From Clostridiales bacterium (GTDB lineage: Bacteria; Bacillota; Clostridia; Oscillospirales; CAG-272), in assembly GCA_016288155.1 (NCBI GenBank), contig JAEEYP010000034.1:9136-73135 (forward strand): a DNA stretch of 64,000 nt, given 5' to 3'. The translations under genes and the position numbers were made by a program. Below, one piece after another: positions 44,995-54,107 of the stretch. A model generated the notes under the pieces. The model had not been told where the DNA came from and did no database searches. It was given only the letters and a program-made list of their open reading frames with translations. Numbering within the stretch: the stretch's first letter is position 1; each line of letters opens with the position of its first letter.

Positions 44995-45270
44995 ATGAGA
45001 TCTGCCATGTCTGAGAAAAAACGATTCGCTCGCCGCTTTACGCTGTGGTTCCGCCTCTTCTGGCTCGCCGCCGCAGCGGACGCGGCGTACATACTGCACA
45101 GCGTCCGCCTCCTCGTGCAGGATCCGGCTGCCGCGCTGCGCGCCGGACTCGGTACCGGCGCGGTCGCGGCGATGACGGAGTCCGTCGCGGCGGGGGCGGC
45201 GATGCTGGTGCTTTGTGCCGTCGCGGCCGAGTCACTTCTGCGGGAGGCTGACGGGAGGGCGCCGCGGTGA
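44995..45270 (+). CDS. Small hydrophobic protein (2 predicted TM helices), unknown function
   Basis: RBS aaggacg about 9 nt upstream. FTLWFRLFWLAAAADAAYIL and AAGAAMLVLCAVAA. Stop overlaps the tilS GTG start (GTGA). Confidence 0.4.
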   Translation: MRSAMSEKKRFARRFTLWFRLFWLAAAADAAYILHSVRLLVQDPAAALRAGLGTGAVAAMTESVAAGAAMLVLCAVAAESLLREADGRAPR

Positions 45271-46658
45271 GAGAGACGTCGGATCCGGTACGCGCCGCAT
45301 TCCGGCGGGCGATGACGGAAGGCGAGATCGCCGGGGCGCTCGCGGGCGCGCGCCGCATCGTCGTCGGCTATTCCGGCGGCGCAGATTCCTCGGCGCTGCT
45401 CGCTTTGACGGCGGAATTCTGCCGCGGGCGCGCCTGGGAGGTCTCGGCGATCCATATCCATCACGGGATCCGGGGCGAGGAAGCGGATCGGGACGCGGCG
45501 GCGTGCCGCGCCTTCTGCGAGGCGCGCGCCATCCCGCTGACGGTGCGGTATCTCGACGTCCCCGCTTCCGCCGCGCGGGAGAAACGCGGCGTCGAGGAGA
45601 CGGCGCGGCGGCTCCGTTTGGCGGCGTTTGAGGAAGCAGCCGGGGAGGACGGCGTCGTCGCCGTCGCGCACTCCGCCGACGACAATCTCGAAACGGTGGT
45701 GCAGAGGCTGGCGCGCGGCACGGGCCTGCGCGGCCTCGGCGGCATCCCGCCCGTCCGCGGACGACTGATCCGCCCGCTGCTTTCCGTTTCCGCCGCGCAG
45801 ATCCGCGCTTTCTGCCGCGCGGAGGGGATCCCCTTCGTGGAGGACAGCACGAACGCCGACACGGCGTATACGCGCAACTATATCCGCGCGCACGTCCTGC
45901 CGGCGCTGCGCGCGATCACTCCGGCGCCGGAGGCGTCCGCCGCGCGCATGTGCGCCGCGCTCCGTGCCGACGAGGCATATCTGCGTCAGCAGACGGAGAG
46001 GGCGCTCGGCGAATGGAGCGGCGGGACGTCCGCGCCGACGGCGCTGCTCAGAGAACTGCCGCAGCCGCTTCTGTTCCGCGCCTGCGCGATGCTGTACGCG
46101 AACGCCCGCGGCGACGGGACGGATCTCGGCGCCGTGCATCTGTACGATACGGCGCAGCTCGTTGTGCGGGGGACGGCGGCGTCGCTCGATCTGCCGGGCG
46201 CCGTCACCGCGCGGGTATGGGACGGGACGCTTTCCTTTTCCCGGGAGGAGCGGCGCGCGGCGCCGCCGGCGGATTTCCGCTTCCCGCTCGGCATCGGGAC
46301 GTTTTCTTTCCCGGAATACGGCTTTTCCCTTTGCGTTTCGCCGGAATCGGAGCAAAAGCGGACGGATGAGAAAAATATTTACAAATTATCTATATGTACG
46401 ACGCTCTCTTTTGATACAATACAAGGTAGTTTTTTCCTTCGCTTCCGACGTGAGGGAGACACCGTGCGCTTCGGCGGCATGACGCGCGAGGTGCGCAAAC
46501 TCCTGTGGGCACAGAAGATCCCGGCTGCCCGCCGCCCCTTCGTCCCGCTGTTCTGCGACGGGGCGGGGATCGTGTGGGTGCCCGGCTGTCCCGTGCGCGA
46601 CGGATGCGCCGACGGAGGAAACCGGATACGTCTCGAAGTTGCGTATCATAACGGATGA
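45267..46658 (+). CDS. tilS: tRNA(Ile)-lysidine synthetase
   Basis: PP-loop VVGYSGGADSSALL. Conserved tilS-hpt-ftsH order. The exact start (GTG 45267 or a downstream ATG) is uncertain. Confidence 0.85.
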   Translation: MRETSDPVRAAFRRAMTEGEIAGALAGARRIVVGYSGGADSSALLALTAEFCRGRAWEVSAIHIHHGIRGEEADRDAAACRAFCEARAIPLTVRYLDVPASAAREKRGVEETARRLRLAAFEEAAGEDGVVAVAHSADDNLETVVQRLARGTGLRGLGGIPPVRGRLIRPLLSVSAAQIRAFCRAEGIPFVEDSTNADTAYTRNYIRAHVLPALRAITPAPEASAARMCAALRADEAYLRQQTERALGEWSGGTSAPTALLRELPQPLLFRACAMLYANARGDGTDLGAVHLYDTAQLVVRGTAASLDLPGAVTARVWDGTLSFSREERRAAPPADFRFPLGIGTFSFPEYGFSLCVSPESEQKRTDEKNIYKLSICTTLSFDTIQGSFFLRFRREGDTVRFGGMTREVRKLLWAQKIPAARRPFVPLFCDGAGIVWVPGCPVRDGCADGGNRIRLEVAYHNG

Positions 46659-46690
46659 ACGGATCATCATTTTCATCGGAGGGGATCGCT

Positions 46691-47254
46691 ATGTATACCT
46701 CGGTACTGGATCGGGACGTGGATCATATTCTTGTGTCGGCTGAGGAGATCGACCGCATCACGACGCATATCGCCGCGCGGATCGACGAAGACTATCGGGA
46801 GACGGAGGGAAAGCTTCTCCTGCTCGGCATCCTGAAGGGAAGCGTCGTATTCATGGGCGATCTGATGAAGAAGATCACCGTGCCGGTGGAGATCGATTTC
46901 ATGAAGGTCTCCTCCTACCGCGGCGACACGAAAACGAGCGGCCGCATCAAGATCTACCTCGATCTCAACCGTACCGACATCAGCGAGTGCAACATCCTGA
47001 TCATCGAGGACATCATCGACAGCGGTCGGACGCTCTCCTATCTGACCGAGTATCTCCGGCTGAACGGTGCGAAGAGCGTGCGCACCTGCACGCTGCTCGA
47101 CAAGCCGTCGCGGCGGGAGGTCGATTTCGAGGCGGATTACGTCGGCACGACGATCCCGGACGAATTCGCGATCGGATACGGTCTGGACTATGCGGAGAAA
47201 TACCGCGCTCTGCCGTACGTCGGCGTACTGAAGCCGGAGATATACACGAAATAA
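46691..47254 (+). CDS. hpt: Hypoxanthine phosphoribosyltransferase
   Basis: LLLLGILKGSVVFMGDL, ILIIEDIIDSGRTLSYL, VGYGLDY-type C-terminus (AIGYGLDYAEKYR). Confidence 0.9.
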   Translation: MYTSVLDRDVDHILVSAEEIDRITTHIAARIDEDYRETEGKLLLLGILKGSVVFMGDLMKKITVPVEIDFMKVSSYRGDTKTSGRIKIYLDLNRTDISECNILIIEDIIDSGRTLSYLTEYLRLNGAKSVRTCTLLDKPSRREVDFEADYVGTTIPDEFAIGYGLDYAEKYRALPYVGVLKPEIYTK

Positions 47255-47312
47255 AAAGACGCTCACCCGAAATCCACAGCCCGCCTCGGACGGGCGTTGA
47301 TGCGGAGGATCC

Positions 47313-49352
47313 ATGAAAAATAATCTGAAAGTCGCGATATTCTATATACTGCTGATCGGCGGGATCATCATCATGGCGACGGCGCTTCTGCGCAGCGTGC
47401 CGCAGGATACGCTCACCTACAGCGAGGTGATCCGCTATTTCGAGGACGAGGAGGTCAAGTCCTTCGTCGTCGACGAGGACAACGTGCTCCAGATGATCGT
47501 CCGCGTCACGCAGCAGGACGGCAAGGTCCAGGAGCGTCTCGTCGAATACGAGCTGCGGGATCTCGGACTCTTTCTCGACGATCTCGGCGATACGATCCGC
47601 GATCAGTTCGACCGCGGCGTGATCGAGGAATACGACATCCCCGCGCCGCGCTCGATCCCGTGGTGGGTCGGACTGCTCCCGTACGTGATCGTCATCGTCC
47701 TGTTCGTCGTCATGTGGTTCTACGTGATGAACCAGACGATGGGCGGCAAGGGCTCGAAGATCAATTCCTTCGGGCGTGCCAGAGCGAAGCTCGTCACGGC
47801 GGATAAGAACCGCGTGCTCTTTAGCGACGTTGCCGGCGCGGATGAGGAGAAGGCGGAACTTGAGGAGATCGTGGAATTTCTGCGCGATCCCGCTTCCTTT
47901 ACGAAGCTCGGCGCGCGGATCCCGCACGGCGTGCTTCTCGTCGGTCCTCCCGGCACGGGCAAAACGCTTCTTGCGAAGGCGGTCGCCGGCGAGTCCGGCG
48001 TGCCGTTCTATTCGATCTCCGGTTCGGATTTCGTGGAAATGTACGTCGGCGTAGGCGCTTCCCGCGTCCGCGATCTGTTCGAGGTGGCGAAGAAGTCTCC
48101 CGCCGCGATCGTCTTCATCGATGAGATCGACGCGGTCGGGCGTCACCGCGGCGCCGGTCTCGGCGGCGGTCACGACGAACGCGAGCAGACGCTCAACCAG
48201 CTCCTCGTAGAGATGGACGGCTTCGGCACGAACGACGGCACGATCGTCATGGCGGCGACGAACCGTCCCGACATCCTCGACCCGGCGCTGCTCCGTCCCG
48301 GCCGTTTCGACCGGCAGATCACCGTCAGCTATCCCGACGTGAAGGGGCGCGAGGACATCCTGCGCGTCCATTCCCGCAACAAGCCGCTCGGCGGCGACGT
48401 CGATCTTTCCGTGATCGCGCAGACGACGGTTGGCTTCACCGGCGCGGATCTGGCGAATCTGCTCAACGAGGCGGCGCTCCTCGCCGCCCGCCGCGGCAAG
48501 AGCCTGATCGGGATGGAGGATATCGAAGACGCGATGATGAAGGTCGTCGTCGGTCCGCAGAAGAAATCCCGGAAGGTGACGGAACGCGAAAAGAAGCTGA
48601 CCTCTTACCACGAGGCGGGTCACGCGATCGTCAACAAGATCCTCAACGACAACGATCTGGTGCACCAGATCTCGATCATCCCGGCGGGCAGCGCGGGCGG
48701 ATATACCTACTTCCGTCCGAAAGAGGACCGCTCCTTCGCGTCCCGCACGGAAATGAAGAACAATATCGCCGGACTGCTCGGCGGCCGCGTTGCCGAGGCG
48801 CTCATCATGGACGATATCTCCAGCGGCGCGTCGAACGACATCCAGCGCGCTTCGCAGATCGCCCGGACGATGGTCACCCGCTACGGCATGTCCGATCTGC
48901 TCGGACCGATCCAGTACGGCAGCGAGTCCTCCAGCGACGAGATCTTCCTCGGCCGCGATTTCAACAACACGCGCAACTATTCGGAGGAGACGGCGGCGGA
49001 GATCGACCAGGAGATCAAGCGGATCATGCGCGAGGCGTACGAGGAAGCGGAGCGGATCCTGCGCGAGAATATGGAGAAACTGCACTTTATCGCCGGCTTC
49101 CTCTTCAAGAATGAGATCATGGAGGAGGAACAGTTCCGCCGCGCTATGGAGGAGGACGGCATCACCTTCGAGGAGCTCGAGGCGATGGTCGCCGAGAAGC
49201 GCAGAAAGAGCGAGGAAGAGAACAAGGCGCGCGCCGAACGCCTCGCCGAAGAAGAAAAGAAACGCGAGGAGGAGCGCGCCCGCGAGAACGCGCGCCATCC
49301 GTCAAAGGACGATCCCAATCCCTACAGCGGGGACGATCATCAGGCACTGTGA
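47313..49352 (+). CDS. ftsH: ATP-dependent zinc metalloprotease FtsH
   Basis: Two N-terminal TM helices, Walker A GPPGTGKT, Walker [10 protein letters not shown], zinc site HEAGHA. Lys/Glu-rich C-terminal tail. Confidence 0.95.
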   Translation: MKNNLKVAIFYILLIGGIIIMATALLRSVPQDTLTYSEVIRYFEDEEVKSFVVDEDNVLQMIVRVTQQDGKVQERLVEYELRDLGLFLDDLGDTIRDQFDRGVIEEYDIPAPRSIPWWVGLLPYVIVIVLFVVMWFYVMNQTMGGKGSKINSFGRARAKLVTADKNRVLFSDVAGADEEKAELEEIVEFLRDPASFTKLGARIPHGVLLVGPPGTGKTLLAKAVAGESGVPFYSISGSDFVEMYVGVGASRVRDLFEVAKKSPAAIVFIDEIDAVGRHRGAGLGGGHDEREQTLNQLLVEMDGFGTNDGTIVMAATNRPDILDPALLRPGRFDRQITVSYPDVKGREDILRVHSRNKPLGGDVDLSVIAQTTVGFTGADLANLLNEAALLAARRGKSLIGMEDIEDAMMKVVVGPQKKSRKVTEREKKLTSYHEAGHAIVNKILNDNDLVHQISIIPAGSAGGYTYFRPKEDRSFASRTEMKNNIAGLLGGRVAEALIMDDISSGASNDIQRASQIARTMVTRYGMSDLLGPIQYGSESSSDEIFLGRDFNNTRNYSEETAAEIDQEIKRIMREAYEEAERILRENMEKLHFIAGFLFKNEIMEEEQFRRAMEEDGITFEELEAMVAEKRRKSEEENKARAERLAEEEKKREEERARENARHPSKDDPNPYSGDDHQAL

Positions 49353-49363
49353 GGGGGGACACG

Positions 49364-49541
49364 CCGGGAGGGACTTTTTGAAAAAAGTCCCTCCCGGACC
49401 CTCTTCAAAAACCTTTATACAAAAAGAATGACAAGGTGAAGCGAAAACCAGAGACAAGAATCTTCGCTTCACCTTGTTTTGTTTTTGCCATTAAGGTTTT
49501 CGAGGGGTCTGAGGGGGACCTTTTCTCAAAAGGTCCCCCTC
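49364..49541. repeat. 178-bp three-hairpin palindromic intergenic element, copy 1
   Basis: Hairpins at 49364-49397 (ccgggagggacttttt/aaaaagtccctcccgg), 49431-49477 (acaaggtgaagcgaa/ttcgcttcaccttgt) and 49511-49541 (gagggggacctttt/aaaaggtccccctc). The reverse complement aligns along its full length with 63410-63587. Confidence 0.85.
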
Positions 49542-49579
49542 GTCGTGCCTCCCTCGTCGTGCCTCCCTCATCGCGTCTC
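49538..49579. repeat. Three tandem 14-bp units
   Basis: cctcgtcgtgcctc, cctcgtcgtgcctc, cctcatcgcgtctc, adjacent to the last hairpin of the element. Confidence 0.8.
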
Positions 49580-49679
49580 TCTTTTTTTCGCGGATCCTGT
49601 CGCGGGATCGCGGACGGAGGAATATACTGGAGTGAGGCGGCGGACGCTGCCTCAATGAGAAAGAAACGGAGACAGGAAA

Positions 49680-50543
49680 ATGGCACAGACGATCACGAAT
49701 CAGGCTTCTCTCAGTTTTCAGGTGGGCGCCGTTACCTCCAGCGTCCGTTCCAATATCGCAACGGCAACGGTCTCGCAGGCGCTGAACGTCACGAAGACGC
49801 CGCTGAACGAAGAATACCGCGCGGACGGGACGGTCACGTACGTGGTCTCCCTGACGAACGCGGGCACGTCGGCGCTTTCCGATATTACGGTCACCGACAC
49901 GCTCGGCACGTACGAGACGGAGAGCGGTACGACCGTCACTCCGCTCACGATCGACGGGGATGCGCTGCTTCTGACGGACGGCACCGTGACGAGCCGCCCG
50001 ACGCCCGTCGTCGGGGAGGGAAGCGTAAGCTTCACGATCCCCGCGCTGGCGGCGGGCTCGACCGCGCAGCTCATCTACGCCGCGCTGGCGAACGGGACGG
50101 CGCCGCTCGCGCCGGGCAGCACGATCGACAATACGGTCACGGCGGCGGCCGCCGGGATGACCGATCCCGTCACGGCGACGGCGACGGTCACCGCGGCGGA
50201 GTACGCGGACGTTGCCGTCGTGAAGGCGATGAGCCCGGCGACGCTCTCCGACGGAGATCCGCTCACCTACACCTTCACCCTGACGAACAATGGCAACACG
50301 GAGGCGACGCAGCTGACGCTGACGGACGCCTTCGATCCGGCTCCCGCCTCGATCACCGTCACGGTGGACGGCGAGACGCTGGTGCCGACGGAGTACACCT
50401 ACGAGACCGGCGTGCTGACGCTCCCGTCGGAGACGGGAACGCCGATCTCGCTCCCTGCCGCCCGGATCACGCAGGACGAGACGACCGGCGAGGTGACGGT
50501 CGTTCCTTCGACGGTGACGGTCACCGTCATCGGGACCTTCTGA
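49680..50543 (+). CDS. DUF11 / 'conserved repeat domain' protein with two tandem Ig-like modules, no signal peptide
   Basis: MAQTITNQASLSF... Two modules share GTVTYVVSLTNAGTSALSDITVTDTLG and DPLTYTFTLTNNGNTEATQLTLTDAFD. Very Thr/Ala/Val-rich. RBS ggagacagg. Confidence 0.65.
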   Translation: MAQTITNQASLSFQVGAVTSSVRSNIATATVSQALNVTKTPLNEEYRADGTVTYVVSLTNAGTSALSDITVTDTLGTYETESGTTVTPLTIDGDALLLTDGTVTSRPTPVVGEGSVSFTIPALAAGSTAQLIYAALANGTAPLAPGSTIDNTVTAAAAGMTDPVTATATVTAAEYADVAVVKAMSPATLSDGDPLTYTFTLTNNGNTEATQLTLTDAFDPAPASITVTVDGETLVPTEYTYETGVLTLPSETGTPISLPAARITQDETTGEVTVVPSTVTVTVIGTF

Positions 50544-50555
50544 AACCGAAAGGGG

Positions 50556-50584
50556 AAAGGCAGGGGCTTGCCCCTGCCTTTTTC
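50556..50584 (+). terminator. Rho-independent terminator
   Basis: aaaggcagggg-cttg-cccctgccttt followed by ttc. Confidence 0.8.
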
Positions 50585-50607
50585 GCGGGATCCGACGCTG
50601 CCGGGAT

Positions 50608-50641
50608 AAAAAAGCCGTCCGCGGCTTTGCCCGCGGACGGC
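50608..50641 (-). terminator. Rho-independent terminator for the minus-strand oxidoreductase gene
   Basis: Minus strand reads gccgtccgcgg-gcaaag-ccgcggacggc followed by tttttt. Confidence 0.8.
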
Positions 50642-50662
50642 CTGTCGATGCAGGGAGAGGGA

Positions 50663-51901
50663 TCAGCCCGGTTCGCCCACCGTCCAGCGGCGGCGCACCT
50701 CATCAAAGACCTCGTCCGGAATATCGATCTTTTCCTGGACGTTGTTGGAAACGTACATGTCTCCCGCGCTCTCCGGGAAGGTGCAGAAGGTGTCGTGACG
50801 CCACGCGTCGCGCTCTTCCTTGTTGCGGAGATTGGGAAGCTTGATGGGCTGGTTGCCGTTCACGATGGAGCGGTAGCCGAGCGTCCCGGGCATGCACATA
50901 TCGACCGCCTGATAGACGTCGATGGTGCGTTCCTTCGCCACCTCGTCGCCGAGGATGGAGCCGATGAAGTAATGGGTCGTGAAATAGTCGCCGCCGCCGT
51001 GGCCGCTGTTCTCCGTCCCGGCGATGATCGGATCCGGCTTGTACACCTTCCGTTCGCCGCGGCAGTTCTGATCCGGCTTCTCCAGATAGACGCCGATCTC
51101 GCCGCTTCCGAGATCGTGCGCGCCGCCGAGATCGCCGTTGATCTGGTAGTTGGAGTGGCGGTAGGATTTGATATTGAAGTGCAGGGACTTGAGGATCGCG
51201 CCGTTCTCCAGCGTGACGATCTCCATGCCGAGCGTGCCGGAGGAGGTGCCGAGCTTGCGCATGAAGGGCATGTTCGGCGTCTCAAAGGCGCTGACCTGTA
51301 CCGGACGGAGTCCCGTCATGTAGAGGATCGGGCCGATGGAGTGCGTGCAGTAGAAGGTGGAAGGCATGATGTTGCGCCAGTGGTTCCGCTCCCCGTAGGT
51401 GATCTGCGGCCAGATGGAGGAACAATCGTGGAGGTACTCGCCCTCGGCGTACATGAGCTTGCCGAGCACGCCGGAGCGGTAGAGATTCCGCATCTCCCAG
51501 CGGACCGGGGTGTAGCAGTAGTTTTCCGCGTAGGAATAGACCTTGCCGGACTCCTCCACGGCTTCGATGAGCTCGACGGCTTCCGCCATGTTCGCCATCG
51601 TCAGGCACTCGGTCATGATGTGCCGACCGCTGCGGAGGAGGCGGATGCCGAATTTCGCGTGCTCATGCGCGTAGTTCGCGCAGATGACCGCGTCCATGTC
51701 GTGCTCGAAGAAATCGTCGAAGCGCTCGTAGTACTTGATGTTGTACAGACCGTGCGCTTCCGCCTGCTTCCTGCAGTTGTCGAGAAGCGGCTTGTATTTG
51801 TCGCACACGGCGACGAGTTCCGCTTCCGGATGATCGAAGATCTGGTGTACCGCCGACATGCCTCTGCCCGCGCCGAACACGCCGATTTTCAATTTTGCCA
51901 T
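50663..51901 (-). CDS. Gfo/Idh/MocA-family NAD(P)-dependent oxidoreductase
   Basis: Start MAKLKIGVFGAGRGMS (Rossmann GxGxxG) after aaggagaa. 412 aa. The ORF-track N-terminal extension is rejected. Confidence 0.8.
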   Translation of the reverse strand: MAKLKIGVFGAGRGMSAVHQIFDHPEAELVAVCDKYKPLLDNCRKQAEAHGLYNIKYYERFDDFFEHDMDAVICANYAHEHAKFGIRLLRSGRHIMTECLTMANMAEAVELIEAVEESGKVYSYAENYCYTPVRWEMRNLYRSGVLGKLMYAEGEYLHDCSSIWPQITYGERNHWRNIMPSTFYCTHSIGPILYMTGLRPVQVSAFETPNMPFMRKLGTSSGTLGMEIVTLENGAILKSLHFNIKSYRHSNYQINGDLGGAHDLGSGEIGVYLEKPDQNCRGERKVYKPDPIIAGTENSGHGGGDYFTTHYFIGSILGDEVAKERTIDVYQAVDMCMPGTLGYRSIVNGNQPIKLPNLRNKEERDAWRHDTFCTFPESAGDMYVSNNVQEKIDIPDEVFDEVRRRWTVGEPG

Positions 51902-52022
51902 GTCTGTTCTCCTTCTGATTTTTGAATGGGGGACAAGGTCCGCTTGTGGGGTCGAGAGTATTATAACACAGGACGACGGGGGTGTCAAGGGAAAAAGCGG
52001 AATACGCGCGGCAGCTTCCCCG

Positions 52023-53951
52023 TCATTCCCGCGCGTCCCGGCGGAATGCGAGCCCGTCGTACAGCTCGTGCACGGTCCTGTCGTATAGGTTCAGGATCGC
52101 CTCGCGCTTTTCCTTCGTCATGGGACGGAACTCGTGCCGGTCGAAGGGGAGCGTGCGCCGGAGCGCGGCGGTCTGAGCGGCGGAAAGGATCTCCCCGAGC
52201 TGTGCCGCGAGCAGAGGATCGTGGGCTTCCTCGAGCCGCTTTCTGCATTCCGCGCAGATCCCGGCAAGGTCTTCCGGCACGTCCGCGGCGTCTCCGGCAA
52301 GGACCGTCCGTCCGCCGTCCGGGGCCCGATCGGCCGAAGCGACGACGCATTCGCCGCCCCGGATGCTCACGCATACCTTCCCGCCGCGCGCCATCAGCGC
52401 CGCTGGGATACGGAACCGGCCCGTTTCGTTCGCTGCCAGTTTCGTGCCGCGCACGTCTTTCGCGGCGGGTCCGCCGTTCCTTGAAAAACGGAGATATACC
52501 GCACAGCCGCCGAAGTAGATCGGCTCGTTCTGGACGTAGTCCGTGACGTCGTCCGGGAGCAGGGGACGGATGTTCAGTCCCTCCGCGTCGGCGGAATAAT
52601 CGAACAGCCCGCGCAACAGGCAGGTGATCGGCGCGAAATTGTCGATCATGACGGAGACCGGACGCTCGCAGACGGTATGATCGTCGTTCTCCTTCTGCCA
52701 CGGATTGTTGGTGTTGTATCCCCACTGGGACATCGGCGCGTCCTGCCGGTATTCCTCCGCCCAGCGCATGGTATAGTCCGCCGCCCGGAAGGCGTCCTCG
52801 GACGCGCCTACCTTCAGGTACGCGAGGATCGCCCGGCCTTCCACCGTCGCCCAGCAGCCGCCGTCGACCCAGTCGCCGGAGCGGAAGCTGAAGGAGTCCG
52901 GCCCGCGCGTGTGCCTCCGATAGCAGTTCAGCGTGTCGTCCAGATGCGGGTAGTTGGTGCAGAGGATCCCGGCCGGGCGGATGCCCGGAACGGACGCGAT
53001 CTTCTCATAGATCGAGCGGGCGACGTCCTCCCCGACGACGTCCCACGCGACGGCGTCGACGTTGCATACGCTTTCAAGATAGCCGTACCGATCCGCGCCG
53101 TATACGCCGTGCTTCGTTCCGTCCGGGTCCATGGATTTGACGAAGTATCCCTCTTCCGTGAGGAGCAGCGGCAGCGCGTCCAGCGTGCGCGCGCGGCGCG
53201 CCTCGTATTCGCCCGCCGTCGCCTCGTCCCCGATCATCCGCGCCAGCGCGGCGCATTTTCCGAGCGCGGCGGCGGCCGTGATCGCCAGACCGGTCAGGTA
53301 CCCCTTGTTCGGGTCCCCGTTCTCATCCGCGGGACTTCCGCCGTAGCTCGGCGCCAGAAGATTCGCCGAAGGACCGACGAGGAACAGGCCGTTTTCCGCG
53401 CGCGCGGATTCGATATGATCGAGCGAGCGGCGCATGAGCGGCATATACTTCTTTATCTGTTCGGGACGCCGGTCGAAGAGAAGGATCTCCGCCTCCATGA
53501 GCACGCCGGCCGCCGTCGCCTCGTAGAACCAATCATAGGCCTTCACGTCTCCGTCGCCTTGCTTGTACACGATCCCGTCCCGGAAAACGCAGTCGCCGAG
53601 AGAGCCGTCCGGGGCGCAGAAGGACAGACTCAGTCTGTCCGTGACGCCGCTGTCCGCGCCGATCCGTTTTCCGTCGCCGATCCGCCGCCAGAAGGCGTCG
53701 TAGGAATTCTGGAGGATGCGCGACCAGAACGGATCGAGCAGCGGCACGGCGCCCATCGTGAAGCCGAAGCTGTTCTGGATCCACCAGCCGTCGCCCCAGA
53801 TGAAGCCCTCGCTGAGCATGTCCGTCGAAGATTTGTAGAGCATCCTCAGATTGGGGAGCGTCGGGGAATCGTGCAGCGCGGCGAAGCTTTTCTCGATGAG
53901 AGCGAGCTTTTCCTCGTTCCCCTCGCCGGTGATGTACGTGCCTTGAAACAT
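52023..53951 (-). CDS. 642-aa cytoplasmic protein, possibly (alpha/alpha)6 six-hairpin glycosidase-like; family not recognised
   Basis: RBS ggaggg. W/G/Y-rich motifs IWGDGWWIQNSFG and GDWVDGGCWATVEGRAILAY. No signal peptide. The fold assignment is a guess. Confidence 0.4.
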   Translation of the reverse strand: MFQGTYITGEGNEEKLALIEKSFAALHDSPTLPNLRMLYKSSTDMLSEGFIWGDGWWIQNSFGFTMGAVPLLDPFWSRILQNSYDAFWRRIGDGKRIGADSGVTDRLSLSFCAPDGSLGDCVFRDGIVYKQGDGDVKAYDWFYEATAAGVLMEAEILLFDRRPEQIKKYMPLMRRSLDHIESARAENGLFLVGPSANLLAPSYGGSPADENGDPNKGYLTGLAITAAAALGKCAALARMIGDEATAGEYEARRARTLDALPLLLTEEGYFVKSMDPDGTKHGVYGADRYGYLESVCNVDAVAWDVVGEDVARSIYEKIASVPGIRPAGILCTNYPHLDDTLNCYRRHTRGPDSFSFRSGDWVDGGCWATVEGRAILAYLKVGASEDAFRAADYTMRWAEEYRQDAPMSQWGYNTNNPWQKENDDHTVCERPVSVMIDNFAPITCLLRGLFDYSADAEGLNIRPLLPDDVTDYVQNEPIYFGGCAVYLRFSRNGGPAAKDVRGTKLAANETGRFRIPAALMARGGKVCVSIRGGECVVASADRAPDGGRTVLAGDAADVPEDLAGICAECRKRLEEAHDPLLAAQLGEILSAAQTAALRRTLPFDRHEFRPMTKEKREAILNLYDRTVHELYDGLAFRRDARE

Positions 53952-53987
53952 GATCTCGTCCCTCCGTTCGGCGATTTCGTCTGCTTT

Positions 53988-54016
53988 ATGATATCATGTT
54001 CCACCCCGGATGTCAA
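53988..54016 (-). promoter_or_regulatory. Sigma-A-type promoter for the 53951 gene
   Basis: Minus strand reads TTGACA, 17-nt spacer, TATCAT. Confidence 0.6.
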
Positions 54017-54045
54017 GAGGCGGCGTAAAACAAAACGCTTCCCTC

Positions 54046-54074
54046 TTGACAGAGCCGTTTCGGCGGTTTATAAT
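54046..54074 (+). promoter_or_regulatory. Sigma-A-type promoter for the C-N hydrolase gene
   Basis: TTGACA, 17-nt spacer, TATAAT. Confidence 0.7.
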
Positions 54075-54107
54075 GAAAACGATACGGAAATCACGGAGGA
54101 TACAATC

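Noticed and set aside
49436-51925. An 829-aa plus-strand ORF.
   Set aside because: It runs through the palindromic repeat, overlaps the DUF11 gene out of frame, crosses two terminators and is antisense to the oxidoreductase gene. No motifs are present.
52677-54107. A 477-codon N-terminal extension of the C-N hydrolase ORF.
   Set aside because: It is antisense to the 52023..53951 gene. A consensus promoter (54046-54074) and the conserved MRIGLLQ start place the real start at 54108.
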